IMG/VR virus record: IMGVR_UViG_3300027985_000918
Span: 310,001 to 374,000 of that record
Strand: one strand, 5' to 3'
Length of the DNA stretch: 64,000 nucleotides
Shown here: positions 34,608 through 43,058 of the stretch, piece after piece
Layout: every line of letters begins with the position of its first letter
Numbering within the stretch: the first letter of the stretch is position 1
Notes under the pieces: model-generated
What the model saw: the letters and a program-made list of their open reading frames with translations, nothing else
The model's database searches: none
Told to the model about the DNA's origin: nothing
Program-made: the position numbers and the translations under genes

Positions 34608-35243
34608 TCAGGAGAACAGGTTGAACCCGTGGCTGGCCTTCTTGCCGGCGTCCTTCTCGTCGTCCTCGTCCTCGCCGTCAGAAGCCCAACGGCTACCGGC
34701 CTTCTTGCCAGCGTCCTTCTCGTCGTCCTCGTCCTCGTCGTCTGAAGAAGACTTGATGACGCCCGTGGCGAGTTCGAGAGCCTTGGCAGCCTTGGCAGCC
34801 CCTGCGGGGGTCAACTTGGCGCTCTTCAGAGCGGCCAACAGAGCCTTGAAGTTGGCCTGGACACCAGGGTTGGCGGGCTGAGGATCGAGGTCCGGTGCGG
34901 CGATGTTGCCACTCTCGACCTCCTCTCGAAGCTCCCGGCGCTCCTGCTGGGAAAACTCACCCCTCATGTAGGACTCATCCGAGTCACCCTCCAGGGGGCC
35001 GGCCTTCTCGACACCAATCTCGGAGGGATTGAAATCGGCGTTCTTGAGATTGCCCTTCTGATCTCGCACCAGCCCGGCGGTCCGCTCGATGCGGTCGGCC
35101 AAAAGGTCGCACCGATGAGCGAAATCGGAAGCCACCTTCTCGGGGATGCCGAGAGAAGTGTGCTCCATCTGGATGAGGGTGGCAATGCGATCCAGAGCGG
35201 CGCTAGCCTGGAATGCGCCCTTCTTTGTGATGCTCTTGGGCAT
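34608..35243 (-). CDS. Hypothetical head-assembly protein
   Basis: Start MPKSIT with AGGAG RBS; tandem EDEDDEKDAGKKA repeat. Confidence 0.7.
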   Translation of the reverse strand: MPKSITKKGAFQASAALDRIATLIQMEHTSLGIPEKVASDFAHRCDLLADRIERTAGLVRDQKGNLKNADFNPSEIGVEKAGPLEGDSDESYMRGEFSQQERRELREEVESGNIAAPDLDPQPANPGVQANFKALLAALKSAKLTPAGAAKAAKALELATGVIKSSSDDEDEDDEKDAGKKAGSRWASDGEDEDDEKDAGKKASHGFNLFS

Positions 35244-35308
35244 GTCTTCGTGCTCCTGTTCCATCAAGACCTCAACCAAGTATCAGCTCGGGCATTCCAA
35301 GCCCTCCG

Positions 35309-35338
35309 CTGATATGGTCAAGGTATAGACGAAAGATT
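35309..35338 (-). promoter_or_regulatory. Putative class-I (late) promoter
   Basis: AAT-CTTTCGTC-TAT-N12-TCAG, followed by a TATCAGC...GCTGATA leader hairpin. Confidence 0.55.
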
Positions 35339-35362
35339 GAGAATCAGTGGTTCAAAACCCGT

Positions 35363-38300
35363 TCAACTGGGTAGTTCCTTGTCCTCTGTTACGGCCCTCA
35401 TATACGCCCGGAACGCATCCGGTCTCATCTCCCGGATGCGCTTCCTCTCCTTGGGGTCGGTGACGTTTTTGAGCCATTCCTGCTTCTTCTGTTCCGGGGT
35501 CTTCTCAGGATTCTGCTTGTCTTCCCGGACCTTCCGACCGTCATCCTTCGGCTCGACCTTCTGATCGAGAACCGAGAGGTCTCCAGTCTCACTCACATGG
35601 CGGACCCGAGCTACGTTCGGATTCATCTTGTCGGGCACCGTTCCCGACAGCTTCTCTGCGGTAGACATCGTCAAACGCAGATCCTGAACCTGGACTCCCT
35701 CCCCTGCCTTTAGGCAGCTCTCCAGATCCTCCTGGGTCACAGCCTTGGCGATGCAGTGTGCCAGCTCATCGGCGGCCCCCTTGAGGGCCTTGTCGTCTGT
35801 CTTGGCCTGGCGTACCCTTTCGGCCAGACTCTCAGGGTCTGTGGTAGGCTTAGAAGTGGGCTTGGTTTTACCCTTCCCCTTCTCATCGGTCTCCTTCCCC
35901 TTGTGGAAAGCGTTCAGGAACCCTTGGGTTACAGTCATGTCGTTTAGGGCCAGCATCTTGAGCACATCTCGGGCGAACGCTCTCCCCTCTGCCGTGATGT
36001 GGTTGTCCTCATCATCATCCGTAAGAACCCTACCGATGGCCTCATAGGGGCTATTATCCCCTGCCACAGTTTCCACCAATTCATCGTCCGACATGATGTC
36101 CAGAGCATCCCTGACCTTGACCCTCCCCTCAGGGCTGTACAAATCAGAAGCCCCCTTCAACAGTACGTCTTCGTCCCCAAGGACAGCCAGAGACTGAGCC
36201 ATCCTCTGGAAGCTCTTAGACATCTCCTCCGTGCCGGAGAGCTGGCGACCTTGTACAGCAGCGGCCAACATCATCCCCGACTTGATAGCATCCAGCTCGA
36301 TGTACTCGTCTGATTCGGGGTCGGCCTTATCCAATTCCTGCTTGAGCTGGTCGGCAGCAGCATCCAGAAGCCCCGGCCCCGCCTTACGGAACTGGTGGTA
36401 AGCCTCAAGAGACCGCCCATGCAGCTCCTCCGCCGTTTTGTTGTTGTTGTTGACCGCCCGGCCACCAACAAGACGAGGGTTAGCCACCACCTTCGTGGCG
36501 AACACATACTCAGCCAGGCGCTTCGCTCGCACCTGGGGGGCAGCCTCCGCCAACCCCTTGGTCCCCCTCTTGAGAGCAGACTGAGCCCTCTTCAAGACAT
36601 CCACAGTCAACCCCCCATCCTCCGCACGAGCGCTCAGAAGCTGTCCCATGTGAGAAGCATAAGCCTCTGCCAGCTCCTGCTTAGCGGAGGCCACATTCTT
36701 CTCGTACTCTGCCTTAAGCCTCTGGATATGATCCCGAACCCCCTGAGCACTCTCCTGATCTTCCGGAACCTCTGGGTACTCCGGCTCTTCCGGCCACAAA
36801 TCACCCAGGTCCATTCCCTGGACGGCCTTGTCGAAATCAGCAAGCTGTCTCTGCTGCTTGGCCCTCTGCTGTTCCCGTTCCTTAACCTTTCGCTCTTCCG
36901 CTTGCTGGGCAGCGACCTCTGGATCTTCTTCCTCCTCACCTTCCCCGCCCCCTTCAGCCCTCCTCTTAGCGGATTCTTCATCGGGAGCCGACGTGGGCTG
37001 CTTGGACTTGGGAGGCCAAACACCCCAGCCGTTCTCCGTCTGCCAGTAGTCTCCCTCTTTGTGTTCAGCATCCTGTGGGACCTTCCCAGCAATGCGAATA
37101 GGAGGACCTGACAAGACCATCAACATCCGGTCACCGGCATCCGTGATAGCGGCAACCTTCTTGTAGTTCAGGGAGAGATCGGGATCCTTCTCAGCCTTCC
37201 CCGTGTCGTCCACGTCCGGGTCATACTCGTCCATCCGATTGCGACGAAGGTCCTGCCGGGGAGGCTTCTTCGATGGCTTCGGACGATTCATCCGCTCTAC
37301 TTCCTCGTTCTCCTTCTCCCCCTCATCTTTGGTCGCCTGCCGGTACAGGTAAGCCGAAGCCACTCTCCCGGCTGCCTTCCTGATCCACTCTGCAGCCAGG
37401 CGGAGGGACGTACTTGCCCCCTTGCCCAGCCGGACCGGATCTTCGTCAGAGCCCTTCTTGTCAAGACGTTTCATGACCTCGCCGGAGGCGAGGTACTTGT
37501 CGGCCAAACCGGGGACCAGGTACTGGCTCTTAAGGGTCGAGGGTTCATGGCCCACCGCCTTGGCGGTCTCTTTTAGAGCCTGCTCAAATTCCTTCTTGAG
37601 CAGCTTCCCCCGCTCCTTCTTATCCTCGGGCAGCTCCCCACCCTTGGAGCGGATATCCTTGAGACGGCTCTGCATCTCGGCATTGGCGTGGTACCCCCGC
37701 ATGTCCTTAGCGGTGATGCCGAAAGGCTCCAGGTACTCGTTCACGTCTTCGGCAGAGATATCCCCCGTTAGGCTGTCATTCTCCCCCTTTCCCTCTTTGG
37801 CGGCCTTGAGAGCCGACACCAAAGCCGGATCACTGACAACCTTCTCGTGACTCACGCCGGACTTGCCGACGTACTTGACGGTGACTTTGTTGCCGGAAAA
37901 GGTCAGATGCTTGACCTTCCAACCTGTGACCCCATAGTGCCCATCCTCAGCAGACTCCTCATTGCCGACCCGCTCGTATGTCTCGTCCATGAGGCCAACA
38001 ATCAGGGCCTTTAGCCGGGTGTCCTCGTCCTTGGACTTCAAATCCTTCGACACCTGCGCCCTCAGCTTGGTGATGGATCCACGTAGCTTCTCTACCTGCT
38101 TAGCCTTCTCTCGGTTCCGGAGTTCAATCTGGCCCTCGCTGTACTCGTAGACGGTCGTGGTCCCTTTGCCATCGGCCTTGGGGACCTCCTTCTTCTTCTG
38201 ATACTTGGCGGACACCCGAAGAACGGCCTCCTTAGAAAGCCCCCCCGCTGTTGCGGCGGCCTCATCGTAGCGGAGCTTGAACAGTTTGATCTCCATGTCC

Positions 38301-40483
38301 TGCTTGCGCCCCTTGGGCACTGGCTCCACGATCACCACAGGTTCCCCAGACTTCTCGTCAGTCTTGAACTCTTTGATAACCCCCTTCTTATTCTTGTACT
38401 TGCCGTACAAGACGGGGTCACCGACATTCAGGGTGAAGGTTTTGGCGATCCGCAGAGCTGCCTCCTTCATCCACTCGTTATCCTCCGGGGGGTACAGCTC
38501 CTGGAGGTGTGGCATCTCATCCTGGAGGCCCGTGTAGACCCCCTTGAGCAAAGTCTTCTTCGCCTGGGTGTTCAGGGCCCTATGGACCCTGTTCCATGTG
38601 GTGGAATTCTCCAGGGCACGGTCCAGGAGGGACATCGAGGCTCCCGCCCAGAGGTTTCCGGCCCCCCCCTGCTCATGGACGTAATCAATCACTTCGTCCA
38701 CGATCTGCTGCATGAACGCCCGGATCTCAGTCGCTTCGTTGTGGTAGGTGTCCTCGTCAAGGTGACTGATTCCCCCTGGGGCAAGAAGGTCCCGGAGGTG
38801 GGTGATTTCATGAATCAGAACCGAGTACACCTCCTTGGCGACCCGGGCCTCATTGTCCAGAAACGCCTTGGGGGACTTGGCAGCATCGAGAGTGACCGTC
38901 ATCTGGTACTTGAACGCATGGCTCCCCTGAACCCTCTGCGTAACTGCCCCCCCTACCACATACTGCCGGGGACCGCTGAAACCCAAGGCCTTGTTTCTGG
39001 ACTCAACCTTGACATCCACAGCCACAAGGGCGCCCTTCACATCCTGGACGACGTACTTAGCGACGACAAAACCCCATGTGTCCGGCCGGAACCCCCGCTG
39101 GGAGTACAGAGAGTCAGAAGGGTCATCTCGAAACCGTAGGTGCTGGGGCAGCACCTGCATGATCTTGTCCGTCAGCCCCTTGGCCTCGACCTTGTTGATC
39201 GGAATAGGACGAGCAGCCCTCTTCTTGGTGTACGCCTGTGCCACTCGGAACACTGCCCCAGCGGTACGCTGCCAGCTTTCTGAGGTCATCCCCATCCGCT
39301 TAGCCGGCACCTGTCCTTTGCCCACCGTCCCCTGTCCCCGGGCAAGCCTCATAAGGGGCTTGCCATACAAACCGGACATGCTCAGCGCCCTCTGCATCCT
39401 GAACTTGCCCACATCGGACAGCTTCTCGGGGGCCGACATGAAGGCAACGAAAGACTCTGCAAAGTCCTCCCTCTCGTTGGTCTTGGCGTACTCAGTGGGC
39501 ACATGTAGGGCTTCGATAGCCTGGGCCACCGCAGAGTCACCCTGGGCATACTCTGCCACCTGCTCTTCGGTGAGAACAGGGTGGTGGTAGCTAGAGTACG
39601 AGTCCAGCACTCCCATCTTGTCCTGCTTCTGGCGCCATGCCCGGGAAAGAACCTGGTCGAACCTCTCAGTCCCAGGAGTCACCCCCTGGTTCTCCTCGAC
39701 GTGCTTCTGGAACCAGGACCGCAGAGCCTTATTCCGGCTGAGCCGCTTAGCGATCTGCTTCAGATGGTAGACGTTAGCATTCCCCATCCAGAAGGTCAGA
39801 TCTTCTATGAGCCCCCGAAAATCCTGCTGGGCCTCGGAGCCCATCTCCAGAAAGGGGTCGGAGCTGCTGTACTTCTCCATGCCTGCACGGAGCTTGTGAA
39901 CCTGAGGCATCCCCCAGACCTCAATCTCGTCGAAGGACCAGGAACCAGTCGGGATCGGACCCTCCCACTCAGTGTCGAGACCGTCGAGGTATTCAAGGGT
40001 GGTGTGGGGGCGGTAAACCGTCCAGCTATCCGTTACCTCGACCCCAATGTCCTGGATAGCCGACTTGAGACGGTCCCGAAGCTCTGCCATGCGGTGACTG
40101 AATCGAATGGGGAGAATAGCAACCCGCCGCTGCTGGGATTCATGGGTGAAGTAGTCCAACCCCTCCAGTTTGGCCTGTACGGGCCCCCTCAGTTCTTCGG
40201 ACACCACCCGCTGGCAGGTCTCGATGAACTCGTCCTCATGACCCTTGACGTTGCCAACGTAGAGCAGAGTGACGTGGGGCGGACTCTTGTCGTTACCCGA
40301 CTTTTTCACCGGAAACTGGCTGGAAATCCCCCGGGGTAGAGGAATGAACAGCCCTGTCCACTCCGTGCTGTCGCCGGTCTTTTTGCCGTCATCGGGACCG
40401 GCGTGCCTTTTAGCCCAATCAGCCTTGACCTGCTGCCGGACGGCCAATCTGCGAGCCTGTGCTTGAAGAATAGGGTGCTCCAC
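35363..40483 (-). CDS. 1706-aa multidomain virion protein: 2H phosphoesterase, zincin metallopeptidase(s), SH3-like, topoisomerase IB, helical C-terminus
   Basis: PHVTL and PHTTL; TEYAKTNEREDFAESF; HEITH...EIRAF; VGDPVLYGKYKNKKG; YERVGN, VGKSG, AKDMR, VGH, SQYL. Directly downstream of portal. Confidence 0.88.
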   Translation of the reverse strand: MEHPILQAQARRLAVRQQVKADWAKRHAGPDDGKKTGDSTEWTGLFIPLPRGISSQFPVKKSGNDKSPPHVTLLYVGNVKGHEDEFIETCQRVVSEELRGPVQAKLEGLDYFTHESQQRRVAILPIRFSHRMAELRDRLKSAIQDIGVEVTDSWTVYRPHTTLEYLDGLDTEWEGPIPTGSWSFDEIEVWGMPQVHKLRAGMEKYSSSDPFLEMGSEAQQDFRGLIEDLTFWMGNANVYHLKQIAKRLSRNKALRSWFQKHVEENQGVTPGTERFDQVLSRAWRQKQDKMGVLDSYSSYHHPVLTEEQVAEYAQGDSAVAQAIEALHVPTEYAKTNEREDFAESFVAFMSAPEKLSDVGKFRMQRALSMSGLYGKPLMRLARGQGTVGKGQVPAKRMGMTSESWQRTAGAVFRVAQAYTKKRAARPIPINKVEAKGLTDKIMQVLPQHLRFRDDPSDSLYSQRGFRPDTWGFVVAKYVVQDVKGALVAVDVKVESRNKALGFSGPRQYVVGGAVTQRVQGSHAFKYQMTVTLDAAKSPKAFLDNEARVAKEVYSVLIHEITHLRDLLAPGGISHLDEDTYHNEATEIRAFMQQIVDEVIDYVHEQGGAGNLWAGASMSLLDRALENSTTWNRVHRALNTQAKKTLLKGVYTGLQDEMPHLQELYPPEDNEWMKEAALRIAKTFTLNVGDPVLYGKYKNKKGVIKEFKTDEKSGEPVVIVEPVPKGRKQDMEIKLFKLRYDEAAATAGGLSKEAVLRVSAKYQKKKEVPKADGKGTTTVYEYSEGQIELRNREKAKQVEKLRGSITKLRAQVSKDLKSKDEDTRLKALIVGLMDETYERVGNEESAEDGHYGVTGWKVKHLTFSGNKVTVKYVGKSGVSHEKVVSDPALVSALKAAKEGKGENDSLTGDISAEDVNEYLEPFGITAKDMRGYHANAEMQSRLKDIRSKGGELPEDKKERGKLLKKEFEQALKETAKAVGHEPSTLKSQYLVPGLADKYLASGEVMKRLDKKGSDEDPVRLGKGASTSLRLAAEWIRKAAGRVASAYLYRQATKDEGEKENEEVERMNRPKPSKKPPRQDLRRNRMDEYDPDVDDTGKAEKDPDLSLNYKKVAAITDAGDRMLMVLSGPPIRIAGKVPQDAEHKEGDYWQTENGWGVWPPKSKQPTSAPDEESAKRRAEGGGEGEEEEDPEVAAQQAEERKVKEREQQRAKQQRQLADFDKAVQGMDLGDLWPEEPEYPEVPEDQESAQGVRDHIQRLKAEYEKNVASAKQELAEAYASHMGQLLSARAEDGGLTVDVLKRAQSALKRGTKGLAEAAPQVRAKRLAEYVFATKVVANPRLVGGRAVNNNNKTAEELHGRSLEAYHQFRKAGPGLLDAAADQLKQELDKADPESDEYIELDAIKSGMMLAAAVQGRQLSGTEEMSKSFQRMAQSLAVLGDEDVLLKGASDLYSPEGRVKVRDALDIMSDDELVETVAGDNSPYEAIGRVLTDDDEDNHITAEGRAFARDVLKMLALNDMTVTQGFLNAFHKGKETDEKGKGKTKPTSKPTTDPESLAERVRQAKTDDKALKGAADELAHCIAKAVTQEDLESCLKAGEGVQVQDLRLTMSTAEKLSGTVPDKMNPNVARVRHVSETGDLSVLDQKVEPKDDGRKVREDKQNPEKTPEQKKQEWLKNVTDPKERKRIREMRPDAFRAYMRAVTEDKELPS

Positions 40484-40501
40484 CGGGTGTTCCTCCAGTC
40501 T

Positions 40502-40532
40502 CTACCTTCGGCAGAGCTATAAACAAATCACA
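40502..40532 (-). promoter_or_regulatory. Putative class-I (late) promoter
   Basis: TGT-GATTTGTT-TAT-N13-GTAG, upstream of the giant protein. Confidence 0.6.
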
Positions 40533-42435
40533 GCGCCGGTGATGGCCTGTGCCCCTTGAAGCGGGCCTCCTTCCCGGACACTGGCTTAGTCAGGCCACTC
40601 TCCAGCTCACCCTGAAGCTCGGGATCAATGTGGGTGTCGCTCGCCAGAGCTTCCTCAGCGGCCTCTCGGATAGCTCTCTTGATGGCTTCCTGGAAAGTAT
40701 CCTTGAGGAAACGGTGAATCTCGTTCTGCTGTACTGAGCCAAACCGGGACATGCCCTCTTCCTTCGGTTTGGTATACTTCAGACCCAGGACATCGGCCAC
40801 TCGCTGGACAGCGTCGGAGGACTCCGCCAAGGCGTCCCCGACACGGCTGTAGACCGCCCGCAAGACTTCATTGAACGTAGCGTCCTGGAGTGTAAAAGTG
40901 TCCCTCTCCAGCTTCTCTCGGACGGTGTCGGCATCAAGGTTCAGCAAATCCAGAATGGTCTCGATGTCCAAACTCCCCTTCTGGTAGAGATTGAACAATG
41001 TGTCGAATGTCTCCTGGTTATCCCGCAAAGCCAAACGGGTGAACGACAGCCTCGGATGGATGACCACCTCTTCGCCGTCTTCGTCGTACTCGATGAACCC
41101 CATGCGGCGGCACATCGGCTCCAAAAGTTGCCGGTCTACGAAATCCTGAAGCAGCTCACGCAGCAACAGATAGCGGACGTTGATCACCTCCAAGTGGATG
41201 CGGTCCCCACTGTAGCTCGACTCACCGGACAGCAAAGATTCAGTGACCCCGAGACCGGCATAAAGCTGCCGGTCAGTGAGGTCGTACTCGGAGGACAGGT
41301 CCAGCAAGCGGGAGTCCGCCCCCCCGCCCCGCTCTTCCCAGTTGACCTGGAAGTTCGTGATGACACTATAGTCCGGGTCCTGAAGAGCCAGATCCACCTG
41401 GTCCCGCAGCTCTTCCGTCTGCTCGGCGTTCATGTCCTCCGCCCAGATGATGCGGTAGGGGGTCATGTGCCGGGAGGCGATGGATGTCTGGGCCTGGCGG
41501 AGTTTATCCCGGAACACCAGGACTCGGAGACACCGCTGAAGGATAGACTTCCCCCGAGCCTCGTACTGACTCTTCTTGCGGGCCAGGTAGTGGCAGAAGC
41601 TGCCCGCCTCAGGGGTGGTGTTCAAGGGGATGTTCTCACCCCGGAGGACGTAGTCCACAACCTCGGTAGGCATGGACTCGACCACCTCTCGGGCTCGGAG
41701 ATCTCCCTGAGTAGCCCTCTCGATGATGGCCTTGGTCTTGCTATCGGGAATCAGCTCAATGAGGCGCTTGTCCGTGAAGGGGAACGCCTCCATCTGAATC
41801 TGCTCGGGGGGAAGAACTCGGAGAGCCGACCAGCCCTTGTAATTCTTCTTCACCCACTGGACCATCCTCTTTCGGGCATCCGGGTAAGGCCGCTCTTCCT
41901 CTACCAGGGACCCGTCAGCAGCAATCTCACGATATGTCTCATGAGTCACCTCCCGGGGCATATCTGGACTCGTGTCCTCTGCGAACACGAATACCTCCCC
42001 GACGAGGTAATATTCGTGGACCACCTCCAAAAGACGGTGCAGCAGACCAATATAGCGAACCCACCGCTCACAGAACCTCATGGACGCCTCAGCCAGCTTC
42101 TTGTTCTTGGCCTTAGGCTTGCGGAGGCGTAGCTTGGAAAGGGGGAGTTCCCCGTGCAGATCGATGGCCTGACCCACAAAGGGGTCGTTGTCGTAAAAGA
42201 AGCGGAAATAGTTCCGCATCTCATCTACGGACTGAGGCAGCTCCAGGAAATCTGGGCTCAGCTCGGGACTGTAGAAGTTGCCCCCCGAGCCAACCATGGC
42301 CCCACCCGTAGCAGGGTAGGCCATCTTGAGGCGGGCTGTTCCGGTAACGAGCTTGCCGGGTTTGCCTACCTTGACCTTGTCCCGCTCGGGAAGGGTAGCC
42401 ACCTTGACTGTATGCTTGGGATCGTTCTTCTTCAT
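40528..42435 (-). CDS. Portal protein
   Basis: FYDNDPFVGQAIDLHGELP, GEVFVF, YEARGKSILQRC, LYAGLGV; downstream of terminase. Confidence 0.82.
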   Translation of the reverse strand: MKKNDPKHTVKVATLPERDKVKVGKPGKLVTGTARLKMAYPATGGAMVGSGGNFYSPELSPDFLELPQSVDEMRNYFRFFYDNDPFVGQAIDLHGELPLSKLRLRKPKAKNKKLAEASMRFCERWVRYIGLLHRLLEVVHEYYLVGEVFVFAEDTSPDMPREVTHETYREIAADGSLVEEERPYPDARKRMVQWVKKNYKGWSALRVLPPEQIQMEAFPFTDKRLIELIPDSKTKAIIERATQGDLRAREVVESMPTEVVDYVLRGENIPLNTTPEAGSFCHYLARKKSQYEARGKSILQRCLRVLVFRDKLRQAQTSIASRHMTPYRIIWAEDMNAEQTEELRDQVDLALQDPDYSVITNFQVNWEERGGGADSRLLDLSSEYDLTDRQLYAGLGVTESLLSGESSYSGDRIHLEVINVRYLLLRELLQDFVDRQLLEPMCRRMGFIEYDEDGEEVVIHPRLSFTRLALRDNQETFDTLFNLYQKGSLDIETILDLLNLDADTVREKLERDTFTLQDATFNEVLRAVYSRVGDALAESSDAVQRVADVLGLKYTKPKEEGMSRFGSVQQNEIHRFLKDTFQEAIKRAIREAAEEALASDTHIDPELQGELESGLTKPVSGKEARFKGHRPSPAL

Positions 42436-42803
42436 TCAGCCCACCCCAAACGCTCCATCACCTTCTGATCCTCCCTACGCTGCTCCCGACGTTTCTGCTC
42501 AGCAGCTTCACGGCGTGCTCGGGCAGGAGGAACCTTACTGGACTCGGGGGTCAGATCGGGATCTGAGGAAACACCAGAGTCGAGATAACCCAAAGAGTTG
42601 ATCTGGGAGAGGACCGCCCGAAGAGAAACCTCCTGAGCCTTAGCCCGGAGTCTGAGCGGGGCGAGTTCAGGATCACGACTGCGGGCGACACGGCGGCAGA
42701 CGTCCATTGCCCGATCTAGGCTCTTCCTGGCAGCCGCCAGATGCCCCTGAAGCTCATGGTCGGAGGCGTTCCTCGCCAATGCTGCTTTTGTCCCACTGGC
42801 CAT
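42432..42803 (-). CDS. Hypothetical protein
   Basis: Start MASGTK coupled to the upstream stop; ATGA overlap with portal. Confidence 0.65.
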   Translation of the reverse strand: MASGTKAALARNASDHELQGHLAAARKSLDRAMDVCRRVARSRDPELAPLRLRAKAQEVSLRAVLSQINSLGYLDSGVSSDPDLTPESSKVPPARARREAAEQKRREQRREDQKVMERLGWAE

Positions 42804-43057
42804 CAAATCCAGTCCTTCTCCCTCTTGGTCAAAAAGCCGTGCTTTGCTGCCGCCTTGATGATCCTCTTCAGGAGTGCAACGTCCAGGGGAGAGCCTTTGA
42901 AGACCCTCTCCCAAGATCCACCCAGTAGAGAGAATACCCGGGAAATCCGAGCGAGTTCCGACCCACGCACCTCCACCTTGTTTCCGACTGTCACGTCGAT
43001 CAGCTTCGTTAGGAACCGCTGGTCAGCTCGGACAGGATGAATGGGTCCAGGAGTCAT
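42803..43057 (-). CDS. Hypothetical protein
   Basis: Start MTPGPI one base after the terminase stop. Confidence 0.65.
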   Translation of the reverse strand: MTPGPIHPVRADQRFLTKLIDVTVGNKVEVRGSELARISRVFSLLGGSWERVFKGSPLDVALLKRIIKAAAKHGFLTKREKDWI

Positions 43058-43058
43058 A

